The position numbers were made by a program, and so were the translations under genes. Below the pieces are notes generated by a model. It was given only the letters and a program-made list of their open reading frames with translations. It was not told the DNA's origin and made no database searches. Below are positions 34,401 to 48,382 of a DNA stretch of 64,000 bases, one piece after another. The stretch's first letter is position 1. Every line of letters starts with the position of its first letter. Origin of the DNA: Bugula neritina (taxonomy: Eukaryota; Animalia; Bryozoa); contig OZ037768.1 in assembly GCA_964035545.1 (NCBI GenBank), forward strand, positions 15,669,875-15,733,874. Direction: 5' to 3'.

Positions 34401-37400
34401 TATAGTATGTAACCAGCTGATCTGACAAACCTTAGATAGCTGATTTAATGAGTTGGTTGATTTTCACTTCTACAAATCAGAAGCTATACATGAGAAAATT
34501 TTACTGAAACACAAATAGTTTTGCAGCCAATGCAAAAGTGTGAATTAGATAGTAGATAGTATTAGCTTTTGAGGCTGCAGACTCGCCTGATTTAGGAGGA
34601 GAAGTGTCCATTTCCATGGTGGTAGACTGACTAGTTGATGGGATGCTAGCACCATCATCAGCACTGCTGCCAGCTGCTGCCACGCCCGCACCTTCTTGTC
34701 CACCAGCAGATTCTAAGCCTGAAAAATGACCAATGAAACAGAATGAGATAGTGAGCGACTAAAACTGATAAGACCATTAGTCATTTTGTGTTTCTCCAAA
34801 TGGTAACTTGTAAATTTACCACATCCTCACACTTCAGCAATGGCTTCCTATGAAAAGTGCTTTCTATAAATTAAAGTGAACCGGTGAATGCTGATAGACT
34901 ACTTCTACCACTAAACAAATAAATCATTTTTAATTTAGAAAAAGGTTTAGATTTAGCCTGTGGGCATGGGTACAAGATCAATAAGTAAACATCGAACTGC
35001 TACTAACCATGTTACATGCAACTATGATAAATAGCCAAATCTGTCTGATTACTTTCTGATATTTGGATATGCAGGTTTTAAAATGGTGCTAAAGGGATTT
35101 AGTCCACAACCAGGTGGGCAGCAAACAAATGCCCCTTTTATTGCAACTACCTTAGCCAAACCAGAAAACTTTTTTCAGCTGATGAACATTTTTAACAAAT
35201 GAGATGACTAGCATATTGATAAAATAATTTTAATAGGGGTGTTTGGATATTATAGGAATGATTTTTAAAAGTGTTAGAGAAAATAGCAATCTTTACAAAG
35301 ATAGCTTGAGAGATTAGTTTGTAAGAAGGTGATCTGGCAATACTACCTGAAGATTGATTAGAAGCAGCTGCTGCACTTTGAGATGAAGTTGAGGCTGGTG
35401 TCTTTTTATCACTCAGTTGTATAATAACTTTGAGCAATCGGAGAAGGAACTGCTGACTGGATGACTTAGTGGTCAGCAAAGACATGGAAGGAAGTTGAAG
35501 CTCATGTGTTCGGGTTTTAGTCTTGGGAGGCGCAATGGTCACCATCACACCCTCCTGAAACCTGAAGTTAAACAAAGAGTCTCATAACTAAAAATATAAA
35601 AACAAATTTAGTTTACATGTCAAAAGCCACCATTAAGTCCACTGCACCAAAATATCCTACACTTATTTAATAAACAGATTACATTAGCAAGTATATTGAC
35701 CATCAAAATACACAGTAAAGTGAATATCTATAACCACATTGTTAGCTGCTTCCCTCTAATAACTGGTATTCAAGGCATAGAAAATCAGAAAGACAACTTG
35801 TAGTTGACAATGAAGTTATTTTTATTAACATGAAAAAAAACTATCATAGTTTGAATTTCTAGTTTAGCCACAGCAAAATCAGCATACACCATTGGCTTTA
35901 AATTCATTTTCAACCTAAAACCAATTTAACCACATCTCATTCTACTACCCTATTGCAGCCATATTACTACTATGTTACAACTACCCTACCCTTATACAAC
36001 CCATACATGCAGTAACATGATGAATACTTACATGAAGAAATGCTTATTAATTTATAATTTTCACCCAAGCAATCTTGCATCCAAGGGTATAATTTATTAT
36101 ATTAAAACTTAAATAATGCAATCATTAGTGAAGAGGCTAATATAACTATTGTCAGCACCATCAATACTGCTAATGAAGTTTCTGGGGTGTGGAGATGAAT
36201 AAATGGCCATTTAAAGAGGAGATTAGGGCAATTAAGGCCCAGCATTAACTAAAGATTACACTTCACAATCAACTACAATAACTCTTAAAAAAAGTATATC
36301 ATTTAATGGTGAAAGTGAATGATGAAGCCATGTTAGTATTAATTTCCTCATTAAATACATAATTATAGTGTTAGGTTAAGTGACATAATATTAGAGTTAT
36401 CAAAATACTCTCACATGAAAATACTGATTTTAGAGGCACAAGTGAGGCTATGTAGAAGTTGATAATTGAATATGAGCTACTGATTTCTTATACTAAGATT
36501 TACAACTAAGATCCCAGTTGCAGACTAGCAAGGTATTTATACCTAACTTTGAAACAAAAACTACATTAATACAGATTTCTGTGCTGAACAGAGATTACAG
36601 ATGATAACCTCCATGGATAGCATATGATATATTAGTAGCATACTGATTTCAAAGACCCTGGAGGGGGGGGGGGTCGTACCTGCTGGGTATAAGGCCCCTG
36701 GAAGATGAAGCAGATGAAGCAGCTGCTGCCGAGGTGGACGGCTTTTGGTCTGAATCAAGACTATTGAGGCCTGGAGTAGATGGGAAGTCAGAACCAGAGG
36801 GAGGTTCAGCACCACCAGCAAGAGCTTGTTGTCTGTTATATTCAACAACCTGAGGAATACCCAACATTCTTACAGGTAAGTATTCAAAATTATTGCTGCA
36901 TTTGTTACTGGTACTGCAAATAGTAGCATTGGTTTCAACAGTATCACTACAATGACTAAAGGTTGAGTGAAAACCCACAAAAATGGTAGACAATCAACCC
37001 TAATTTCCAAAATTTTTTCTCCCACTGCATTTTTGATGCCAAAAAGGTGAGTGACAGAATATGTCAATTTATAGCTATCAAAAGAGAAAAAATGTATACA
37101 CTGAGCAAGTGGAGGAGTAAAGCACTTTAAACACATAATTGATCAAAGAAGTCGGATGTAAATTTTCCAAAAAAAAGTCAACAATTTAAAACTTATTGTA
37201 GGCAGATAGATTATCTATGGCATTTTCATACAAACTTCTGCAATGTGATGACAGTTGAAGTATTAAACACTGACCTAGTGGCACTTTAGAAATGCAAATT
37301 AACCTGGGAAAATAAAACATGAAACACCACCTGAATCTTCACAAGATTTTTATGCCAATTCAAAAGATTTAGATTAGAAAAAGCACATGTTAAAAATAAG

Positions 37401-40400
37401 CTTAAGCATTTGCACCTGAGATAGTAAAGAAAAGAAGCAATTGATGTCAGTTTAAGGTGATGTTACAGTGGAACAATTTGAACAGTGAAAACTACAGGGC
37501 CTACCCCAAGTTTATCAGTGTATTCACCTCATTTAAAAGAGATTCTATATGTTTGCAGACGGTATGGCCAATCTGCTGAGCACCAGAGAGCAGAAGTTGC
37601 ACTATATTCTGTTTGGTAACCTGGTTAGCATTAGACAATCTGACTAGGAGACGTGTTGAGTCTTCCAAACCCTCCTCTGAGCATGACTTGGACGTTAGCA
37701 CCTGTCACACATTAACCAACTTACTTAGCAATATTATTAAAAAAAAATTTCTTTGTGGATAGGAGTAGTCATCTGTTATCAAAGTAAAACAATGCAGTAA
37801 AATACTAATTTTAAGAAATAATTGGCTATTGCAAAACATAAAGCAGAATAAGGTACATGCACTATTTATTATAACACCAGATATAAGCTTTCTGTTCAGC
37901 AGCACTGCTGCTGCTATATGTGTTACATGAAAGGCTAGATGCTTGGAGAAAACACTATCACCAGCAGATGTTAAGATGATTACTTAGTAACCGATTGAGC
38001 TAACCAGATGTTCAACTGAAGATGAATCAATAAAATACAGTAATATAATGTCTGTCTCCAAGTATACCCCTAAGCTATCCTTGCAGTGAAAAGCCATATA
38101 GCAAGATACTTTGTACAACATAAACACAAGGTAAATAGTACCTCTACAGCTAGTCTGAGCTGATTGGGTAAGAGCACAGTTGACTTGTCTACAATAGCTT
38201 GTGGCTTAATCTTGGAACCTTCTATGGAGTCCCACCAGGTGGATCCAACATATCTGGAAGAGGGGGGTTTACTACCTTCAGGAAAGATAGCTGTACTGAT
38301 ACTGCTCAACAACTTTAATAACCTAAAACGGAACAGATCAAAACTTCAAGAACTGAATATGTAAAATGAATTTTCAATCAACTTGAGAAAAAATACAACA
38401 TTATATCTTGTATTCTATGATCCGACGCATAAATCTACTGGGATGCCATCCACAAGCACAGCTTTTATTGAGTTGGTGAATCAATAAATGAGCTAAATAT
38501 AATAATTTTAGTTGTGTTTAGAAAAAACGAAGTTGAATTTAAAAAAAATAATGAGCTCATATATTGGAACATATTTTAATTAGGAAACTATACAGAAAAA
38601 TACAAACTACGGTAGCAATTTCGTAATTATATGTAATATCAATCAATATAAGCACTGAAAATTACTCAAAAATATATAAACTCAAGAATTACATGTTACA
38701 AATGTTTTCCCAATCTAAGGAAGTGTTGATAGTGCAAATTATTTAAGCACTCATATCTATTAATGGAAGTACATTTCTGGCTCATCACTATACATTGAAA
38801 ATTTATTATTTTAAAACTTCTGAACTGAAATTGTCTACATATCTATTAGACACCAAACTAATTTGTTTCAACATGGGAAATACAAATAGCCATAAAATAG
38901 TAGAAGCCACACCCAAAAAAATCTGCCCATACTAAATATAAAGCAATGACTAATGAAAATATTGATTAATAAAGAATCTATAGGCGCTTGTCAGACATTT
39001 TTAAAGTTCTAGTCTTATTAATTACTCATTTGTAGGCTTTATAATGGCTTTAGATTGTTTCCTATTACAGCAAGTTTTGTTATATTAATATTCTGCCAAA
39101 GCCTATGCAAAAAATTTACTGGAACCTATTAATAAAACATACATCATCAACAGTATTACATAAAACTTTATTTACACAACATTTTCAGTCTGAATTTTCA
39201 AAATCTATTTAGGTTATTACAAACTGTATAGATTATAGTATGTGTTCACTTACTATATATAGCATTTGCCAACAAATCAACTAGCAAGTCTTATATTCTT
39301 TACTATCAAAGTAAGAACTAAAGAGAGTATTGCAACACATGAAACAAAAATTCACTTAAAGAAGATAAATGAGCAGGATACTGCAACAACATTATTCTTA
39401 GCTGCAGCACATGGAATTCTGACAGCCAAGAAATGCTTCCTTTTCCACTGCAACTAAAGAACTAAAACATGACTCAACAGAAGTTGCAAGGATTAGGTAT
39501 TGTGTGCTCTTGCACACAAGAAAGAAGACAACAACCAATCATTTGTCCACACAGAGTATGTATGTCCTACCTATCAGTTAGTGTAGGACTTCTACGTATC
39601 ACAGAACTAGATAGCAGGTTCATCAGTTGACCAAGGGGCGACTCTTCAATGCTAGTTGACGTTGCAGGATCATCAGCTGATGATGGTGGCACAGATGCAG
39701 AGGTAGAGACACTAGTGGACACCCGCTGAACGCCTTTACCTTTACGTGTCAGCCTCATCTGATCTAAGCGGATGAGAACTTCCCAAAATGATTGCACAGA
39801 AGGAGAAGTAGATGACTGATGCTTTGGAGATTTGCTTTTTCCTAGTGGGGAATTCTCTTTGTCTTTATTCTGTTAAACACACATTATAGGGATTATATAT
39901 ACAAGTAAATATCTCGTTGAATAATGAAATTGACACAAACCACCTCACACAGCTAAAAATACCGCCCTTTAAACTCCAATAAAACCCACCAAGTTAGAGT
40001 TTAAATAAATTAGAAATGTTTGACCATAGTGGTAAAAATAACTGCTTCTGCCTTACAACTGACACAGACTTAGCTCCGACCAAGCAATGGCTGTGTAAAA
40101 ACTCATCACCATTGCAGCCCCTTTGAAAGTCAGAGCTGTTTGAGGAGCCATTCGGTTTACCAAACATTAACTTGAAAACTCAAGAAAGGCACAGCAATAG
40201 TCACAGAAGAATACAGAAAATGTCTCAATACTTACGAGCCCAGAATCAGCTGGCAGGACAGCATGAGGAGGCAGGAAATGAGAAGTAAAAACTTTACTCA
40301 AGTATATTAAGGCATCCATGACATGCTGACAGACAAGCTGTGCTGCTTGGGGGTGGATGTTGACGCTGCCACCAAATGATGTGCCAGCAGCTGAGCGCTT

Positions 40401-43400
40401 GGTGGTGCTGTGCTGCACCTGGAACACATTTGCTCTACAACCAAGGGCAGCATCCATTCCGAATGAAAGCCAGGCTGACTGACTTGCCTGTTTAGAACTG
40501 CCTTGGGAACCCTAAAACAATGATGTCACATGCGGAGGAAATCAACAATTGACAGATAAATAAATAAAAACATGTTGTAATAATAGAGGTGGTGACAAAT
40601 TAAAAAAATCAGAAACCTCTGCATGCGCTTCTTTGGAAGAATTAGTTTTGAAAAGTATGGAGATCAAAGCTCGTATAATCCATAACAAAGTGTCATTGTG
40701 GAAGCTGAGGTTCTTCAAGATTCTGTGTAAGCGAGAGACATTGAGGCGAGGCTCATCAAGGAAGAGAAGCACTACAACAACACCAATATATCACTAAAAG
40801 CAAAAGGGGGGCAAATAGAAATGTCCAAATTGTAGTAGTAATAACGCAGCAGTATGAGGTGGCATAGAGGTGGTGTACAAGTCTAGTACAGTTTAAAGAG
40901 AATCAAATAGAAAATGACTTCAGTGTACACACCAACTGACAATAATACGTGGTAATATAAAGTGCGTATAGCAATATAAAGTAATGTGCAGAATACACAG
41001 TCAAACTTCTAACTTCAACCATGAACTTCCTGCCCTCTAATGTAAGAACACTATCTTACCTAGTAGACAGGTGAGACCTTCCTGGTCTAACAGCTGTCTC
41101 CCTCTCCTAATAACATTCTTGGATGATGTATCTCTGCCAGCACCACTGTTGGTAGACCAGATATTACTGAAGCCACTACTGCCACCAACACCTCGTCTCA
41201 TATACCTAGAAGGTGTCATCCCTGACAGACCTAAAACACATTTTATAAAGTTAATATACTGCATAGTGTTTGTGAGAATTCTCCAAGCAGAGAAAAGCCA
41301 TCTCTTGCTTATATTCAATATAAACATAGAGAGACAAATCTTCATGGTGATTATTATTAATATTACAGTTACTATAGTAATGCTAATAGTAGTACTAACA
41401 GAATACTAATAGTTAATGTTAAATTATATTATAAAAATATTGAAATGCTAAAACAAAATTGTACCACCCAGATTATTATTTACTGCAAAGAAATTTTCAC
41501 AACTTACTAATAGCAAAAAAGCACAAAAATATGGATAATTTTCAAAATTGAAGACCAAACATGAAAAGGTAATAACGTGCAGTCATTAGACAACAAACCA
41601 GATTGACGAAGCATGCTTCCAAGTGAAATGTTGCCTGAAAACAACTGATTGTGCATTCGTCTACTTCTATCCTCCAGTTCGCCTCTGAGAAGATGTGCCT
41701 CTGCCATGAGATCCGCTGGCAACACTATAAAAAAACTGCAGCGTAAATATTCCTAATCATCATAAATCTAATAGTAAAACGCTTACTAAAAGTCAAGTTA
41801 CAAAATATAATGCAATAAGCCTTTGAAACCTAAAGATTATACATTCTGCAGTTATTGCTAGTTAAGAATCAGCTAGAAAGTTTCAGACATGTTTTATTCC
41901 CATATAAAAAAAAACAAAGAAGCCCCTAATAGCCTCATTACCAGGTTATAGAAATTAAGGAAAAACGAACAAAGCAAATCCCTTAACCTGAAATTTGACT
42001 GTCATCCATATCAGCCAAGACTTGCTGACGAAGTGTTGCCGGTAGAGAGTTGAGGAAACTGCCGGGATCCTGGGTGTTATCTACTCCTGACTCTACTGCG
42101 GCTTGTCTGGCCTGCTCTGCTCGTTGTACAGCCAACACCTAGCATAGTACAGAGGGCAGGAATCAAAAGGCATAGACAGCATCAAACTCACACAACTGAA
42201 ACTGTGGCATCTTTAAGCTTTCTAGCTAGTTAATGAAGAGGAAATAATGCACGGAATAACAACCAACCTCCTCCTGTATAGCTGGGGGTAAGGCTGCCAG
42301 GAACTCTGCACTGACATCTGCCAGGGAACCAGACCCACCAGTTGCGACTTCAGCTTGGGATGAGGTAGCAGCAGCAGATGTAGTTGGCACAGAGCTAGCC
42401 ACAGTGGTGGTGCTGGCAAGGGCAGCAGCATTGTTCTCTCGTACCTGACTTTGAATTCTGGCTAAGCGCAATTGCTCGGCTATAACCTCTCTGCGAATAG
42501 ACTCTGGAAGAGCCTCGAGAAAAGAAGGATCAACTCCCTCCAGACCCGGTGGTACTGCAAATATGAACAGTTGAGCATAAAACTTTTACATATTACCAAA
42601 AAATCATAAATCGTTTTTGCACATATAAAGCGCATGGCAACTGAATTTTTAACAAAAAAAAGGTTTGAAAACATAGACTAGTTTATAGGGCCTAATCAGG
42701 AAACTGCTTTGTTGATATACAAACAGGCATGCATGATTACGGCCATACTTTTTCCTGTATAAAACTCACAGGTCAACGAAGAGGAATCAGCCTGAGTAGA
42801 GGCAGCAACTGGTTCAGCTGAATCAGAAGGAGGCACAGTTTGCATGTCTGGTTCTAAAAAGTGTATGATAAAAACAAATAGTTAGTTGATGACATATTAT
42901 ATAATATATAATATTATGGGTGAAAATTTAGTGCAAGCATGGCACCACACAATGCAGAGAAATTAGTAAACAAAGGATGGTATAATTGTTGTATAATTGT
43001 TCAACACAAAAGAGCACATTAAATAAACATGGTGACAGTATTACAATAGCTGTATATACAAAAGATTAGGAGAGCAATGGTTGTTTATTTCAACAACTAT
43101 TTTCGCAAGGAGAAAACATCTGCTAACAGTAAAGCTTTTGAAGTCAAGAAAGAATGTACCTGCAGCAGTATTTTGGCTATCAGCTACCAGTACTGTTAGA
43201 GAGGTTGTATCTCTAGGGTGTGTGTCAGTGCAGGTATTACCTCCCACTGCTTCACTGCGCTCATCAACAAGTTCTAAAATACAATCTGTAGTGCATAAAC
43301 AATATCAGCGAGAAAGCTCCTAGGAGAGTAATGCAAGAAGCGTAACTCCAACATTAAAAAAAGAGAGCTGTTACCTTGAGACAAGCCAGGTGAATATTTG

Positions 43401-46400
43401 AATAAACTCAACTGAGTAACATCTAAAAGTTTTTAAACCTAATCTTGGCCTAGCATACCAGAATCACTGGGAGGAACCTCTAAATCTGGGTTAGGCACTG
43501 GCTCATCGGGCCTGCTCTCAGTGCATGGCGGTGGTGCAGGAACATCAGCATCATAGAATATATTGGGTGGAGTACACGCCCTATCTTGTTCAACACCAAT
43601 AACCTCTACAGCTTGACCTGTGGCTAATACAGGTAAATCAGTATCAGTGCTATCCACAGCAGACATAGTGGAAGAGAGAGGTGCGAGGGTAATGGACGAC
43701 TCTGGCAGAGGAGTAGTAGTAGAGGGGTTGTCTGATCTGACAACACTATTAGCTGTTGGAGGCGGATGTATGGCAGGCAGTGGCTCTGATGACGCTCTGT
43801 AACACAGTTAAACTGGATACAGCCTACGTAACTCATTAACAGGGAGTATACTTACAGATATAAACAGCAAACTATAGGCATCAAGTAAAGGCAGTTGATA
43901 GAAAAAGCTAGCTAATGTAGTTTACGATTACCAAATTCTATATTGATACTATGAAACCCCGCACAGCCAGCGTAGAGGTAGAGTGGAAAGAACAAGTGTA
44001 AGCACAGCTGTTTACCTTATGATTGAAGATGTGTCAACGGCAGCAGTACTGCTGGTGTTGGCAGCCGCAGAGACTAATGACTGCAACTCTTGGGTTTGAT
44101 TGTACAGCGAGGCGACTAAAATTGATGAAACAAACTCGGTGCATCAATTATTAATTGATTTATTTATTTAATACATGTCAGAGACATGAAAACACATTCT
44201 GAAATTCAGTATAAATACTGGCTATAATTAGGTTGCTATTTTATAAATCCGAAACATAAACTTGAACAAGAAGCTCATATATAAGTTATTCCTCTTCTAA
44301 TTATCTGTAAATTACCAAGCTTACCTCCCTGAGCAAGAGAGTTGAGTATCCGAGACTGTTCAGAAAGATGTGTTCCCATCGCATTCTAAATTTTGAAAAA
44401 TAATTTCTATCTAGCAGCTAATACTATAATAGAAATGCATGAGCAGGAGGGAAAAATATTTGTTAAGACTATCACAAACAAAAAGTGGGCAAATTACCGT
44501 AGCTGACTGCAGCATTTGTCTGACATTTCTAGCTGCCACTACCGGAGTATCTGGTGTACTGCTGGGTGCATCTAGGTCACTGGAGTGGGCAGCAGTCTCG
44601 GTGACAGTGGGGTTGTCTGCAGAAGAGGCATTTCCTAAAGTCGTTGTGCTCTTTGCCAAACTGACTTTGCTAGATTCTTCTGAGATTTTCTTCTCCTTTG
44701 AGCGCTTCTCTTTCTGGGAGGCGGCTTCTAACTGCTCTTTCTTGGTAACTTGTAGGCAATCAACTATCTCTGATTTGTTTGCTGAAACATCAATATTCCC
44801 TCATGTTATACTATACACATACTACAGTCCAATACTTTCCCATGTTGTACTATACACACACTACAGTCCAATACTTTCCCATGTTGTACTATACACACTA
44901 CAGTCTAATACTTTTCCATGTTGTACTATACACACTACAGTCTAATACGTTCTCATTTTATACTATACACCCCACAGTTCAAAAACTCAAAATTAGTATC
45001 ACCCAACTTCAAAGTAATGTTTTCATTCAAGCAAGTGGAAAAATAATTAAGTACTGTTAGGTGCCATTTGTTTGAGAAGACATGTTAACTTGGCTACTAC
45101 TAGTACATGTGATTGTTACTATCCACACTCAGAAAAATGCTACAACAGTCAACAACTACAGGTATTGCTACTAATACTGCTGACACTGCTGCTACTCCTA
45201 ATAAATTATTTTCGTCACTGCCAACGAAAACTTGCACAGTAGGGAAAAATTGCGGTAAAAATGCTGAACGGCCAATGCGAATAATTTCTGCCATTGTGAC
45301 ACAATTGGCTGATAGCTATTTATTGACTTCATTTTTCTTGACTTAGTTTTATAATTGCGCTTTATATTGAGAATAACGAGCTAGTTTTTAAAATGAACAT
45401 TTAATACTTTTGTACTTCCTGCGTACGATCCTGCAATTCAAGATTCATAGTGATAGTTATGCAATATAGTACAATCATATAAATAATATTATAAAAATAA
45501 AAATCAACTGGCAAAAAAATTAATTAATGCAGTTAATAAATATTTACATGTTTTACAAAAGTAAAGTCACTTTTATGCTGTCAACTTTACTAATTTACGT
45601 TTTTAAAGGGCATCAAATAGCGATTGAGGGAGTCATATTTCACTATTAGAACATAAGCTTCTGCATCAATACGATTTCACTGAGTTTAAGTAAGACTATA
45701 AAGGGGTACGCGGACGAGTGTTGTTAACTGAGACTCGGTACTTTTTTCAGCAGAGGTATAAACGCAACTTAAGAATAAAAAAGCGTTTTTCAGTTTGGTG
45801 AGTCATTATTTGAATTTGGTTGTTTTCATTGTAATTGTGTTTTCAGTAGAATTGAGTTTGGGTCAGTACTACAATTCCTCTAATAAGTAATAATAGGTTA
45901 ATTCATCACCGACTAGCAGCCATAAGAAAGAAGGCAAGTGGGTGAGCAGCAAAAGTAAACACAAATATTATTAGCTAGTAAATTTCATTTTGAGTGTGGT
46001 AGCATATTTCTTCGCATGCGAAAATGCATTTGATGTGGCCCTACGCTTAGTCTATTAGTTGCATATGGCCACTTATACCGACATGTGTATGACAAATACC
46101 GGTGACTACATCGTGAACTGAGGCACCATCTAACACTCTGCATTCTTCAATCCACCTGTAGAGGGTAGAAGGAATAGCGTTGAGTATACCAGGCCCACCA
46201 TTATTTTTTCCCAGCTCCATACCGTCCTGCAGATGAAAGTGTCATTTGCACTAATCTAAGCACTAACAAGACATAGTAACTACACAGAATGTACAAAATC
46301 CTGAAGTTAAAGTAAAACAGCACACTTTAATGACCAAAAAAAAGGAAGAGAGGAAGAGAGGACCGTGACATGTAAAACACACCTGAAGGAAATCTGAGAG

Positions 46401-48329
46401 AGGCTCATGATCATTTCTGTTAAATGAGTCATTCTCAGAGATGTAGACTGTGGGGCCAGCGCCAGAGTTAGTGCCTCTGGTGGTGAGTTGAAGGATGTTG
46501 GCTGTAACACCCGCTCCAAGAAGTCTTCAAAAACAGATGGAGTCAAATTGGTATGGAGAAGCATTTTAGAAGAATAGTGCGAGATTATACTGCATGTTAA
46601 GGATACAAAAGTTTGTGCATCCTGGGCAAACATACAACATAGTCAGATAAAAAAAGTTTTTAAGGAATTAAAGAATTCCACACACCTGAGAGCATACTAC
46701 CAGCATACTATATATCTCCCCAACTTACTTGCAATATAAGAAATCTATAGTTAGTACTCCCTATTTTACAGTTGATATTCTGTACTCTTTACTTTCCAAT
46801 AATATAACTTTGAAAGAAAAGTCAAACAGCATAAGAACCATGTTGGCCCATATTTAACTGCTAATCCATAACCAATGGTGATTCCTACTACAGGTGGTGC
46901 TCTATTTGCAAGGAGATATCAGAGTTGTCTGTTGAAATAGTTTCATATAGGCCGCAGTTGAGTTTTTACACACTCAAACCAATATTCTGTACTGACAACT
47001 CTAGAACTTATGCCCCTCCATGTCCATATTTTTTGCTGGATTACTTGCCTTTTATAACTTACACCCCATGTATCAATATTATTTCGTACTTCACCTGGTA
47101 TACATGTACCATACCTTTGAAGGAAATGTGTGGTTGGTGGATGGTGCTGCAGTGCAGGCAGGCCAAACACGGAGCCACCTGGTCTGGTGGCTGAAGCAGC
47201 AGATAACCTCTCAAATGCTCGAGCATTACCAGCAGGGCGCCTGGTGCGAGTGAGGCCAGGTACAAACCTACTTTGAGATCTACTGACTTCAGTGTTCACA
47301 GTAGTGCTGGGGTTGAGAAGTGGATGAAATACTGGCACTGCGGTGGGGGCTGGAGGCAACACTGTCACTAAACAAACACACATAATCAGTAAGTAGTCCA
47401 ATTTGAAATAGTTGAACAAGAAATAAATTAAAATGCTTGGCTATGGGAGAGGCTAGACTGTTAAACAACCATAAGCTTGAGGAACAATACTACTGCATCT
47501 GCAATTTCAAAGCTTTAACTTGTTTGTACAGAGTGATTTAACAACATTGCAAGTAATGAAGAGTGTGTACCTGCATCATCATTGTTTGCATCCAGAGTTG
47601 CTACGGGTAAGTGCAGTGTATGTAGAGCTCGGAACCTCTCAGAGCTGGGATCAGCTAAGAGCACCCGTGGTCTACCCAAATCATGATCCACTACAACCAC
47701 CAAGCAGCATTAGGTATCTAGATGCAACATATGGTCTCAACAGCCAGACAACTGTAGTAGTGGCATTGCATTATCCCCAAGATTGGAATTTGAACATTGG
47801 TGTAAAATTTCAGGAAAGACTACTTCACTTCAGCAAAACAATACTTCAATAAAAATAATTTCTAAAGGATAAAGGTCTGAACTAATAAATTGGGGTTTCT
47901 TCACTAAATAACAAAGCATTTGAGAAACGGCAAAACTTTATCTTGAAGTTTGAATTGAAAGTCATGTATATACAGCGCCTCAGTTGATCAACATGCAACC
48001 CTTAGATCAAGCAACAACTCAAGGTCATGACAATTTTACTTTTCAAGTTGAATGCTTTTAAAATTATTTAAATGTCGTTCGACGACGCAAGGATATGAGT
48101 ACACTTACTGGACAGAGAATCATAGGCTTCCAGTTGTGAGAATAAATCATCGTCATCATCTATGGCCAGAATATTGGCAAGTCGCTCCCCTTCATTTAAC
48201 TCATCCTCTTCACTCCACTGCAAATATTAATCTTTATATACTTTATAGATTTGGTTATGTTGAATCATTACTTTGTTGTTTATAGAACACACCAATGTAC
48301 ACACATATATATATATATGTGTATATATA

Positions 48330-48382
<53 letters not shown>

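Noticed and set aside
46077-46099. Alternative in-frame donor G|GTATAA at 46078
   Set aside because: The donor at 46099 gives HDVVTANKSEIV, which matches the spacing I recall for human HUWE1 (HDCVSVVKVSIV); the distal donor would add 7 residues. It remains possible as a minor isoform.
46307-46633. 108-aa ORF taken as the HUWE1 exon
   Set aside because: Wrong frame; the HUWE1-like reading ([14 protein letters not shown]) is 46383-46524, using a GAAG acceptor
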